Of a stretch of DNA of 64,000 bases, positions 16,934 to 25,736 are shown in pieces. The position numbers and the translations under genes were made by a program. The notes beneath the pieces are model-generated. The model was not told the DNA's origin. It did no database searches and saw only the letters and a list, made by a program, of their open reading frames with translations. Positions within the stretch are counted from its first letter, which is position 1. Each line of letters begins with the position of its first letter. The stretch comes from Betaproteobacteria bacterium (GTDB lineage: Bacteria > Pseudomonadota > Gammaproteobacteria > Burkholderiales > JACQAP01), in assembly GCA_031362885.1 (NCBI GenBank), contig JANLTJ010000232.1:6838-70837 (forward strand), given 5' to 3'.

Positions 16934-17782
16934 CTAGGCCGCGAGCCGGGCCAGTTGCTTGCGGTAGCGGGACAAGTCCTGGATGGTGCGAATCGGCATC
17001 TCGAACAGGCTCGACAGATTGTGCAGAATCATCTTGACGACCTTGGCTTCCCACTCGCCGTCGAAGCTGATCTGCGAATCGAGCCAGTATTCCAGCCAGG
17101 ACGGATCGGGAAGCCGGCTCTGAACGGTGTCGTTTGGAAACAGCCCTTTGTTCACATGCAGATTGGTCGGGTGCAGGGGCTTGCGGCTGCGGCTGCTCGC
17201 CGCCATCAGCAGTCCGACTTTGGCGAATGCGCCACGGGCAACATCGCCGCTGCGGGCGATGGCTTTCTTCATGTAGCGCAGATAAGCGCCGCCGTGGCGT
17301 GCCTCATCCCGCGAGATCAGATCGTAAATCTTTCGGATCACCGGCTCGGTATGCCACTGCGCTGCGCGGCGATACCAGTGATTGAGGCGGATCTCGCCGC
17401 AGAAATGCAACATCAGCGTATCGAGCGCCGGTGCCGGATCGAAGTCGAAGCGCACTGCGTGCAATTCTTCCTCGCTGGGCATCAAGTCGGGGCGGAACCG
17501 GCGCAAGTACTCGATCAGCACCAGAGAATGCTTCTGCTCTTCGTAAAACCACACCGACATGAAGGCGCAAAAGTCGCTGTCATCGCGGTTGTCGCGCAGG
17601 AACATTTCCGTGGCCGGCAGTGCGGCCCACTCAGTGATGGCATTCATCTTGATGGTGAGCGCCTGCTCGTCGGAAAGTTTTCCGGCATCGAATTCTTCCC
17701 AGGGGACGTCTACTTCGGTCGTCCAACGCACCGCTTCGAAGGACTTGAACAATTCGGGATAGAGCATCGCAGAGGTTTTCAT
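16934..17782 (-). CDS. Ferritin-like di-iron protein (acyl-ACP desaturase-like fold)
   Basis: Di-iron ligand pattern ITEWAALP, EEQKH, GEIRL, DEARH. Confidence 0.8.
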   Translation of the reverse strand: MKTSAMLYPELFKSFEAVRWTTEVDVPWEEFDAGKLSDEQALTIKMNAITEWAALPATEMFLRDNRDDSDFCAFMSVWFYEEQKHSLVLIEYLRRFRPDLMPSEEELHAVRFDFDPAPALDTLMLHFCGEIRLNHWYRRAAQWHTEPVIRKIYDLISRDEARHGGAYLRYMKKAIARSGDVARGAFAKVGLLMAASSRSRKPLHPTNLHVNKGLFPNDTVQSRLPDPSWLEYWLDSQISFDGEWEAKVVKMILHNLSSLFEMPIRTIQDLSRYRKQLARLAA

Positions 17783-17827
17783 CGCAAGTCAGTGCTCGAA
17801 AAGGTATCTGAGGGACACACAGTATAG

Positions 17828-18724
17828 CTACTCCAGAGGCGCCTGGTTCCGCCATTGGTTCAGCAACTCGACCATGGACTCGAGGTTGGCCACCGGTTGA
17901 ACGCCCGGTATCGGTTTGCGCAACCGTAACGCACCCGCACCGCCGGCCCACACCGCAGTGGTGGGCGGCAGTTCCGCACGCAACAACGCCAGCCCCTCAG
18001 CGGCTTTGATCTCGGGGAAAGATGCGCTGAAGGACAGCCCGACAATGTCGGCGCGATGGGTGCGCGCGGCCGCCAGGATGTCGGGCAACGGCGTTTGGGT
18101 TCCGAGCGCGATACAGGACGCCCCCTGGACCGTCAGCACGGCCTCGGTCATCAGTAATCCGATGTTGTGCTGTTCCTGGGGAAAGGATGTCAGAAGCACC
18201 TGCGGCGAGCTTCCCTGCTGTTGAATGTGAGAGATCGCGTTGCGGACCATGCCCTGGATGAGCTCGGAATACAGATGTTCTTCGAAGATCGCCAGATGCC
18301 CTGACATCCAGGCATTGCCGACCGCCGCGTTGAGCGGGGCAACGATGTCCACAATGAAACTGTGCAAGCCGCGCTGCGCCATCGTCTGGGACAACTGAGC
18401 GCGTAGTGACTGTACCTGGTGCGACTTAATCAAATTCAGATACACCCCGAGATGTTCGGATGCGGGAGCGGCGTCGGCGGCTTCCGACCCGAGCGCGCGC
18501 AGGTCTTCGATGGACCGCCGGATGATTTTTCCGGGGCGGTGGCCGCGATCCATCAACTGCTTGATCAAACGCAGCTTTTCGACCTGCATCGCCGGATACA
18601 GGCGCTCTCCGAAGCGATCGCGGGCCGGGTTCGGAAAGGCGTAACGCCGCTCCCACATGCGCAGCGTGTCCTTACTTAAACCGGTGTCGCGCTCGACCGC
18701 GCCAATATTGAAGTCACTGCTCAT
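17828..18724 (-). CDS. MerR-family regulator with cobalamin-binding domain (CarH/LitR-type photoreceptor)
   Basis: MerR HTH (IGAVERDTGLSKDTLRMWERRY), W-x9-EH (WMSGHLAIFEEH), ExHxxG (EQHNIG), GLSFS. Confidence 0.88.
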   Translation of the reverse strand: MSSDFNIGAVERDTGLSKDTLRMWERRYAFPNPARDRFGERLYPAMQVEKLRLIKQLMDRGHRPGKIIRRSIEDLRALGSEAADAAPASEHLGVYLNLIKSHQVQSLRAQLSQTMAQRGLHSFIVDIVAPLNAAVGNAWMSGHLAIFEEHLYSELIQGMVRNAISHIQQQGSSPQVLLTSFPQEQHNIGLLMTEAVLTVQGASCIALGTQTPLPDILAAARTHRADIVGLSFSASFPEIKAAEGLALLRAELPPTTAVWAGGAGALRLRKPIPGVQPVANLESMVELLNQWRNQAPLE

Positions 18725-18731
18725 TCTCTAT

Positions 18732-18808
18732 TTGTCTAAGACAATTATTTGACTATATCCGTTTATAACCGTATTATCAGCTTAAATGTATTTAATGACT
18801 AAGACAAT
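18732..18808. promoter_or_regulatory. Divergent promoter region with two candidate operators
   Basis: Palindrome TTGTC-TAA-GACAA (18732-18744) and a near copy ATGAC-TAA-GACAA (18795-18807). They flank a rightward sigma70-like TTGACT (18749-18754)-N17-TATTAT (18772-18777). Confidence 0.7.
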
Positions 18809-18861
18809 ATTAAATTCTTGGCACCGTTTGACCTAGAATAATCTGCCTCAGGCTTCACTCA

Positions 18862-20163
18862 ATGAGTACTTCATCAGTTAGCAACAGGCCCCGCGTCGCG
18901 GTCGTCGGGTCCGGCATTGCCGGCCTTTCCACGGCATGGCTGCTTTCCCGCGATTTCCAGGTGACGCTTTTTGAAGCCGGCAACTATCTAGGCGGCCACA
19001 CAAATACCGTCGATGTGACTCTAGACGGCATCAGTGCCCCGGTCGATACCGGCTTTCTGGTTTTCAACGATTGGACCTATCCGAATCTGGTTGAGCTGTT
19101 CAGGTTCCTGAACGTAGAGACGGTTGCCAGCGAAATGTCGTTCAGTGTTCGGGTCGATGAAGAGGGGCTGGAGTGGGCGGGCAATTCCCTGGCAAGCGTT
19201 TTTGCCCAGAAGCGCAATCTGATCAAGCCGGACTTCTGGCGCATGCTCACGGACATCGTGCGCTTCAACCGGGAAGCAAGTCAGTTCATCAGCGCCGGGC
19301 GCAGCGCGAACGAATCGCTCGGTGAATTCCTCGACAAGTCGGGCTATGGGCGCGCCTTTCGCGATTGGTATCTGTTGCCGATGAGTGGGGCCATCTGGTC
19401 TTGTCCTACCCGGCAGATGCTTGACTACCCGGTGGGGACATTCTTTCGTTTTTGTCATAACCATGGCCTGCTTCAACTGACTGGCAGGCCATTGTGGAAA
19501 ACCGTTATCGGCGGCGGGCGCGAATATGTGCGCCGGCTCGCCGCATCGATCGAAGATATCCGGCTGGCTTGTCCGGTCCAATCCGTCGTGCGCGTCCGCG
19601 CCGGGGTGCTGGTGAGCAGCCCGCGCGGGACCGAAGCATTCTCGAAGATCGTGTTCGCATGTCACAGCGAGCAGGTGCTGGATCTGCTCGCGGATGCGGC
19701 GGAGTCCGAGCGAAGGGTGTTGTCGGTCTTGCGCTACCAGCCCAATCGCGCCGTGTTGCACACGGACATATCGCTGTTGCCGAGAAATCCAGAGGCCTGG
19801 GCGGCGTGGAATTACATCACCGGCGCAGGCGCACCGGACTCGCGCCCGGTGAGCGTCAGTTATCTGATCAACAAGCTGCAGCCGCTGCCGTTCAAGCATC
19901 CGGTCATTGTCACCTTGAATCCGACGCACGAACCACGTGCGGACCTGGTGCTCGACCAATTTGATTACGCGCATCCAGTTTTCGACAGCGTAGCCATCGA
20001 AGCTCAGCGCGAACTGCCATCGATACAGGGCCAGCGCAATACCTGGTATTGCGGCGCGTGGACTGGTTATGGTTTTCACGAGGACGGACTGAACTCAGCG
20101 CTAAGCGTCGTCAATGCCCTCGGCGTGCACGCCCCATGGCAGCAACGAAAGCTGGCGGCATGA
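18862..20163 (+). CDS. FAD-dependent oxidoreductase (UfaD/RSP1091-like fatty-acyl desaturase)
   Basis: GSGIAG Rossmann motif, LGGHTNT, VDTGFLVFN, YAHP, GYGFHEDG. Confidence 0.87.
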   Translation: MSTSSVSNRPRVAVVGSGIAGLSTAWLLSRDFQVTLFEAGNYLGGHTNTVDVTLDGISAPVDTGFLVFNDWTYPNLVELFRFLNVETVASEMSFSVRVDEEGLEWAGNSLASVFAQKRNLIKPDFWRMLTDIVRFNREASQFISAGRSANESLGEFLDKSGYGRAFRDWYLLPMSGAIWSCPTRQMLDYPVGTFFRFCHNHGLLQLTGRPLWKTVIGGGREYVRRLAASIEDIRLACPVQSVVRVRAGVLVSSPRGTEAFSKIVFACHSEQVLDLLADAAESERRVLSVLRYQPNRAVLHTDISLLPRNPEAWAAWNYITGAGAPDSRPVSVSYLINKLQPLPFKHPVIVTLNPTHEPRADLVLDQFDYAHPVFDSVAIEAQRELPSIQGQRNTWYCGAWTGYGFHEDGLNSALSVVNALGVHAPWQQRKLAA

Positions 20164-20918
20164 GACCGCAACTCTTTCATGGTGCGGTGTGGCATGCGCG
20201 GCTTAGACCGCAGCGCAACGCATTCCGCTACAGCGTGTTTTTCCTGCGGTTTTCCCTGGGCGAGCTGCACCGGCTCGAAAACGCCCTGTTCTCCATCAAT
20301 CGCTGGAACTTGTTCAGTTTTCACTATCGCGACCATGGCGCGCGCGACGGCTCCCATCCCGAGACCTGGATCAGAACCGTGCTCGCGCGCGAGGGTTTGA
20401 CCGAGGCAGACGGGGAGATCTGGCTTCAGACCTTTCCGCGCATGCTGGGCTATGTATTTAATCCGGTGAGCTTCTGGTTGTGCCACGACACGGGCGGCGC
20501 TTTGAGAGCGGTACTGTGCGAGGTCAACAATACTTTCGGCGAACATCACCACTATCTGCTGGCGCACTCCGATCGCCGCCCGATCCGCGCCGGAGAATCC
20601 ATGACCGCGAGCAAGGAGTTGCACGTTTCTCCGTTTTGCGAAGTTGCCGGCGGATACCGCTTTCAGTTCAAAGTCGATCAGGATTCGAGTCGCATACGCG
20701 TCGACTACGACGATGGCGATGGAAAGTTATTGCTGACCGAAGTTTCGGGAAGTGCGTCGATGTTCGGTTCTGCCGCACTGTTGAGCACCTTTGTCCGCTA
20801 TCCTTGGATGACGCTCGGCGTCATCATGCGCATTCACTATCAGGCGCTCAGACTCTGGGTAAAGGGCGTGCGCTGGTTTGGCAAGCCGGTGCCCCCGTCG
20901 CGGGAATCGACGCGATGA
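20160..20918 (+). CDS. DUF1365 protein (UfaO/RSP1090-like)
   Basis: HARLRP, PRMLGYVFNPVSFW, EVNNTFGE, KELHVSPF, IHYQALRLW; ATGA overlap. Confidence 0.9.
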   Translation: MRPQLFHGAVWHARLRPQRNAFRYSVFFLRFSLGELHRLENALFSINRWNLFSFHYRDHGARDGSHPETWIRTVLAREGLTEADGEIWLQTFPRMLGYVFNPVSFWLCHDTGGALRAVLCEVNNTFGEHHHYLLAHSDRRPIRAGESMTASKELHVSPFCEVAGGYRFQFKVDQDSSRIRVDYDDGDGKLLLTEVSGSASMFGSAALLSTFVRYPWMTLGVIMRIHYQALRLWVKGVRWFGKPVPPSRESTR

Positions 20919-22132
20919 ACCCAAGCGAAGCCACGACGCAAAGATTCTCGATTGAGGTGCCCGCAAGCGGTCGGTTGCTGTTGTCGATCCTGGCGCGGCT
21001 GCGTCAAGGCCACCTTGATCTGAGGGCGCCCGGCGGGCAGGTGTTTAGTTTTTCCGGTGAACTGCCCGGTCCGGTTGCAACCATCCAGCTACGGGACTGG
21101 AAAATTATTGGCGACGTCATGCGCTCGGGTGATGTCGCATTCGCGAAAGCCTATCTGGATGGGCGCTGGCAGACTCCGGACTTGACCGCTTTGCTCGAGC
21201 TCGTTGCCGTGAATCGGGTTGTCCTGGAGAAACTGATCCATGGTACCTGGTGGGGACGGCTCATCTACCGCTTGCGACATTTGCGACGTGCTAATACGCG
21301 CGACAAGGCCAAAGACAACATACAGGCCCATTACGACCTGGGCAATGATTTTTACCAGTCATGGCTCGACAAGACCATGACCTACTCAGCGGGCTTGTTC
21401 GAAGGCGATTCGACGCGTTCACTTGAACAGGCCCAGGAGGCTAAATACGAGCGCATACTGGGCAGACTTAACGTGCGCGCCTTTGATCATATTCTCGAAA
21501 TCGGGTGCGGCTGGGGCGGATTTGCCGAATACGCGGCACGCACCCGCGGCTGCCGGGTAACCGGTATCACGTTATCACCGGCACAACTGGAGTTCGCGAG
21601 ACGCAGAATCGCGAAGGCCCGTCTGTCGCCTTTCGTCGAAATTTCCCTGACTGACTATCGCGACGTTCAAGGCAGTTTCGACTACATCGTGTCGATCGAG
21701 ATGTTCGAGGCGGTGGGCGAGAAATTCTGGCCGGTGTATTTTTCCGTCGTGCGCGATCGCCTGAAGCCTGGTGGTCGCGCACTGATCCAGACCATTACCA
21801 TCGCCGAGGAGTTGTTCGCGCGGTATCGAAAATCGACCGATTTCATACAGCAATACATTTTTCCCGGCGGCATGCTGCCCAGTCCGGGTGTGTTTCGAAA
21901 GATGGCGCAGCGGGCCGGGCTGACGGTGCGCGACGAGCATCGCTTCGGTATCGACTACGCCGAAACCCTGAAGCATTGGCGCACCCGCTTTCTGGCCGTC
22001 AGCAATGAGTTGCGTTCGCACGGGTTCGACACACGCTTCGAGAGGCTGTGGAACTTCTATCTGGTCTATTGTGAGGTTGGTTTCCGCGCCACCAGTACTG
22101 ATGTGATGCACGTGGAGCTGGGCCGTGAATAA
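20915..22132 (+). CDS. cfa: Cyclopropane-fatty-acyl-phospholipid synthase family methyltransferase (UfaM-like)
   Basis: NIQAHYDLGNDFY, MTYS, LEIGCGWG, SIEMFEAVG, FIQQYIFPGG. Confidence 0.92.
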   Translation: MNPSEATTQRFSIEVPASGRLLLSILARLRQGHLDLRAPGGQVFSFSGELPGPVATIQLRDWKIIGDVMRSGDVAFAKAYLDGRWQTPDLTALLELVAVNRVVLEKLIHGTWWGRLIYRLRHLRRANTRDKAKDNIQAHYDLGNDFYQSWLDKTMTYSAGLFEGDSTRSLEQAQEAKYERILGRLNVRAFDHILEIGCGWGGFAEYAARTRGCRVTGITLSPAQLEFARRRIAKARLSPFVEISLTDYRDVQGSFDYIVSIEMFEAVGEKFWPVYFSVVRDRLKPGGRALIQTITIAEELFARYRKSTDFIQQYIFPGGMLPSPGVFRKMAQRAGLTVRDEHRFGIDYAETLKHWRTRFLAVSNELRSHGFDTRFERLWNFYLVYCEVGFRATSTDVMHVELGRE

Positions 22133-22649
22133 GATCGCCATGCTTCTGATGGTCATGCTGATGATGCCCGCAGGTGCCATGGGCATTTCGCTTCCAGAAC
22201 AAGTGGCGAAGGAAACACCAGATCTTCAGCTTGCCGGCAAGGGGCGCCTGCGATGGCTCGGGCTGCTCATCTACGATGCGTCGCTTTGGACCAGAGGAGC
22301 GAACTGGGATGCTGAACAGGACTTCGCTCTAGATATTCGGTACGCGCGCGACATCAAGGCGACGAGGCTGATCGGGACCACCCTGGATGAAATGCGCAGA
22401 CTTGGATTCGGTGACCAACGAAAAATCGAGCAATGGGCTGAACAGATGGCACGGGTTTTTCCGGACGTCAGCAAAGGCCAGCACCTGACCGGAGTCAATC
22501 GCCCGGGAATCGGAGCCGTCTTCTACTACCAGGGCAAGTTCACGGGTACGATTGCCGATCCGGAATTCGCGCGCGCTTTTTTCGCAATCTGGCTCGACGC
22601 ACGGACCCGTGAACCGGGTCTGCGCAAATCCCTGATCGGCAAGAAGTGA
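22125..22649 (+). CDS. Chalcone-isomerase-like exported protein
   Basis: Signal peptide, IYDASLW, VFPDV, FARAFFAIWL, EPGLR. Confidence 0.8.
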   Translation: MNKIAMLLMVMLMMPAGAMGISLPEQVAKETPDLQLAGKGRLRWLGLLIYDASLWTRGANWDAEQDFALDIRYARDIKATRLIGTTLDEMRRLGFGDQRKIEQWAEQMARVFPDVSKGQHLTGVNRPGIGAVFYYQGKFTGTIADPEFARAFFAIWLDARTREPGLRKSLIGKK

Positions 22650-23971
22650 CTGCGACCACGCTGTCGCGTTCGCGACTGGCCGCCTACGGTCTGTTCTCCG
22701 TCCCGCTGGCGATGGCGGCATTGCCAGTCTACGTGCATGTACCAAAGCTGTATGCCGGGGAGATCGGCCTGCCACTGGCGCTGGTCGGCGCCATACTCCT
22801 GGCCGTGCGATTGTTCGATGCGCTTCAAGATCCGCTGTTGGGATATTTCAGCGATCGTTGCTCGGGTCTGGCGCTGGGGCGCGCTATCCCGGTGATTCTC
22901 GGTCTGCCGCTGCTGGCTCTGGGCTTCATCGGTTTGTTCCATCCACCGCAAGGCGGTCAGACCACGCTGGCGATCTGGCTTGCTGTCAATCTGCTGATCG
23001 TCTATCTGGGCTTCAGCTCGGCGAGCATCAGCTACTTTGCAATGGGGGCTGATCTTTCTGGCGACTATCATGAACGCACCCGTGTAACCGCCACCCGTGG
23101 CGCGCTCGGACTGCTTGGCGTGTTGATTGCTGCCGCGGCGCCGGGCCTGCTCGGTCGCGGCGAGGCCGGTAACCTGGCGTTGTTCTCCCTTTTCTTTGTT
23201 CCGGTATTGATCGCGGCGGCCTGGTTTACATTGCGCCATACCCCGCGACCGGCGAGCCGGGTTTCACCCAAAGCTGCCTTGGGTTCAATGTTTCTGCCGC
23301 TCCGCAACGCGCGTTTTCGCTGGCTGATGGGTGTATTCGTCCTGAGTGGCATTGCTGGCGCAATTCCCGCGACGATCATCCTGTTTTTTGTGCAGGACGT
23401 GATTCAGAGACCGGAACTCTCCGGAATGTTCCTGGCCCTGTATTTCGTCTTTGGCGCGCTGGGCATGCCGGTCTGGATCGCGGCGTCAAAAAGGGTCGGC
23501 AAGCGACAGGCTTGGCTCGCGGGCATGTTTCTGTCTGTGATTGCCTTTGTCTGGGCTTATTTGCTCGGATCGGGCGACGTGCTGGGATTCGCGCTGGTGT
23601 GTGCGCTATCGGGTATCGCTTACGGCGCGGAGCTTGCGATACCGCCCTCGATGCTGGCGGATACGGTGGACGCAGAGTTTCGCCAGGAACATCAGGGCCA
23701 GGAACAGCAGCGCCCGGACGGGGTGTATTTCGGACTCTGGCAGATGATCGAGAAATTCAACCTTGCCGCCGCCGCCGGCTTGTCTTTACCTTTACTGGCC
23801 TGGGCAGGATACGAACCCGGCACTGCTCAAATTCAGGCCGGATCCCTTGCCGCGATTTATGCGTTGCTGCCCTGCGCCATCAAGCTGGCCGCGGCAGGCT
23901 TGTTGTGGGTTACTCCACTGGATCGGCAGGTGCCGCTTAAACCAACTCTGGAAAGGGCAGTAAAAGTATGA
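22646..23971 (+). CDS. MFS transporter (GPH/MelB-like)
   Basis: About 12 TM segments, RLFDALQDPLLGYFSD, YHERTR, SMLAD. Confidence 0.88.
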   Translation: MTATTLSRSRLAAYGLFSVPLAMAALPVYVHVPKLYAGEIGLPLALVGAILLAVRLFDALQDPLLGYFSDRCSGLALGRAIPVILGLPLLALGFIGLFHPPQGGQTTLAIWLAVNLLIVYLGFSSASISYFAMGADLSGDYHERTRVTATRGALGLLGVLIAAAAPGLLGRGEAGNLALFSLFFVPVLIAAAWFTLRHTPRPASRVSPKAALGSMFLPLRNARFRWLMGVFVLSGIAGAIPATIILFFVQDVIQRPELSGMFLALYFVFGALGMPVWIAASKRVGKRQAWLAGMFLSVIAFVWAYLLGSGDVLGFALVCALSGIAYGAELAIPPSMLADTVDAEFRQEHQGQEQQRPDGVYFGLWQMIEKFNLAAAAGLSLPLLAWAGYEPGTAQIQAGSLAAIYALLPCAIKLAAAGLLWVTPLDRQVPLKPTLERAVKV

Positions 23972-24498
23972 AATCGAAACTGGGATTATTAGGATTGTTG
24001 TTGCTGTTGACTGGGTGTGCCGGTACCCGGGTTGACGAGTACCGCGAGGAAAATCCGGTGCTTGATCTGTCTGAGTATTTCAATGGCACACTTGACGCGT
24101 GGGGCATCGTGCGCAATCGCTCGGGAAAGGTCGTCCAGCGCTTCCGCGTCGAAATGACCGGAACCTGGCAGGGCAACAAGGGTACTCTGGAAGAAGATTT
24201 CATATACTCCGATGGTAAAACGAGCCGCAGGGTCTGGAACATCACCAAAATCGACGCGCATCAATATCGCGGCACGGCAGCCGACGTTGTCGGTGAGGCG
24301 GTGGGCGAGGCGTATGGAAACGCATTGAGATGGCGCTACGTACTCACGGTCCCGGTGGACGGAAAGACCTATGACATCCGCTTCGACGACTGGATGTACC
24401 TGGTTGACGACGAAGTCATGTTGAACAAATCCGATATGAGCAAATTCGGAATCGGGATCGGCGAGATCGTTCTATCGTTCCGGCGCAGAGGTTCCTGA
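23968..24498 (+). CDS. DUF3833 lipoprotein
   Basis: LTGC lipobox, YFNG..DAWG, LEEDFIYSDG, FDDWMY, MSKFG. Confidence 0.88.
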   Translation: MKSKLGLLGLLLLLTGCAGTRVDEYREENPVLDLSEYFNGTLDAWGIVRNRSGKVVQRFRVEMTGTWQGNKGTLEEDFIYSDGKTSRRVWNITKIDAHQYRGTAADVVGEAVGEAYGNALRWRYVLTVPVDGKTYDIRFDDWMYLVDDEVMLNKSDMSKFGIGIGEIVLSFRRRGS

Positions 24499-24520
24499 TG
24501 CAATCAGCGGGAAATAATCC

Positions 24521-25300
24521 ATGTCGATGAATAAGCCGATCGAAAGCTGGCAAGGATGCCGGGTATGGATAATCGGCGCCAGCAGTGGTATTGGTGCGGC
24601 GTTGGCCCGAGCGCTGATCGCGAAGGGAGCGCACGTTGCAATGTCCGCGCGCAATGTCCAGGCCCTGAGCGCAGTGGCGGCAGGCGAGCGTGCGCAACAG
24701 ACACTGCTCCTGCCCCTGGACGTGACACGCGCTGAAGAACTTGTGGCGGCATTCGAGCGTATAAATTCCACCTGGTCCGGACTGGATCTGGCGGTGTTTT
24801 TGGCGGGAAGCCATCAACCGGTACGCGCATGGGAACTGGACGCCGGGGCGGCGCGCGCCCTTGTCGAGACCAATCTGATTGGTGTAATGAATGCAGTCGC
24901 CACATTGGCGCCGACGTTTTCCCGTAAATCACAGGGAGCGATTGCGGTGGTATCGAGTGTTGCCGGCTATGGCGGTTTGCCCAGTGGTCTGGTCTACGGT
25001 GCGACCAAGGCAGCGCTGATCAATTTCACCGAGACGCTTTATCTCGATCTCGCACCGCGGGGCGTAGGCGTTTACTTGGTCAATCCCGGATTCGTTAAAA
25101 CGCCGCTAACCGATAAAAACGCGTTCAAGATGCCGGCCTTGATTTCGGCGCAAAAGGCGGCGGAAGAAATGATCAAGGGTTTCGAGGCCGGGGTATTCGA
25201 AATTCACTTTCCGAAACGCTTCACTTACTGGCTGAAGTTGCTGCGCCTGCTGCCTTACCGAATCTATTTCCCGCTGATCCATAAATTCACCGGACTATGA
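24521..25300 (+). CDS. Short-chain dehydrogenase/reductase
   Basis: GASSGIG, SSVAG, YGATK, NPGFVKT. Confidence 0.92.
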   Translation: MSMNKPIESWQGCRVWIIGASSGIGAALARALIAKGAHVAMSARNVQALSAVAAGERAQQTLLLPLDVTRAEELVAAFERINSTWSGLDLAVFLAGSHQPVRAWELDAGAARALVETNLIGVMNAVATLAPTFSRKSQGAIAVVSSVAGYGGLPSGLVYGATKAALINFTETLYLDLAPRGVGVYLVNPGFVKTPLTDKNAFKMPALISAQKAAEEMIKGFEAGVFEIHFPKRFTYWLKLLRLLPYRIYFPLIHKFTGL

Positions 25301-25734
25301 CGCTGATGCAGCCGGACCGACACGACGCCCTGGTGCTCTTCTATGAAACGCTTACACCGGATCGGGTGAAGGATTTTGGCTTGTACTACAGTCAGGATGC
25401 CTACTTCAAAGATCCGTTCAACGAAGTCAATCGTCTCGTGGACATCAGTGCAATTTTTGCTCGCATGTTCGAGCATCTGGCCGAACCGCGCTTCGTCATC
25501 ACGGAGCGCATTGCCGATAGCGGTGGGCTGGTCCTGGTGTGGGACATGAAGTTCCGCATGCGCTCCTGGAAGCCGCGGAAAGAGCAGGTCATCCGAGGCG
25601 TGAGTCACTTGCGCCTGGGCGATGACGGCAAGGTGATCTACCACCGCGACTACTGGGATACCGGTGAGGAGCTCTACGCAAAGCTTCCGCTGGTTGGCAC
25701 CCTGGTGGGATGGCTTCGGCGCAGACTGGGCTGA
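25297..25734 (+). CDS. SnoaL/NTF2-like protein
   Basis: FKDPFNEV, GVSHL, YHRDYWD, ELYAKLP. Confidence 0.85.
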   Translation: MTLMQPDRHDALVLFYETLTPDRVKDFGLYYSQDAYFKDPFNEVNRLVDISAIFARMFEHLAEPRFVITERIADSGGLVLVWDMKFRMRSWKPRKEQVIRGVSHLRLGDDGKVIYHRDYWDTGEELYAKLPLVGTLVGWLRRRLG

Positions 25735-25736
25735 AG

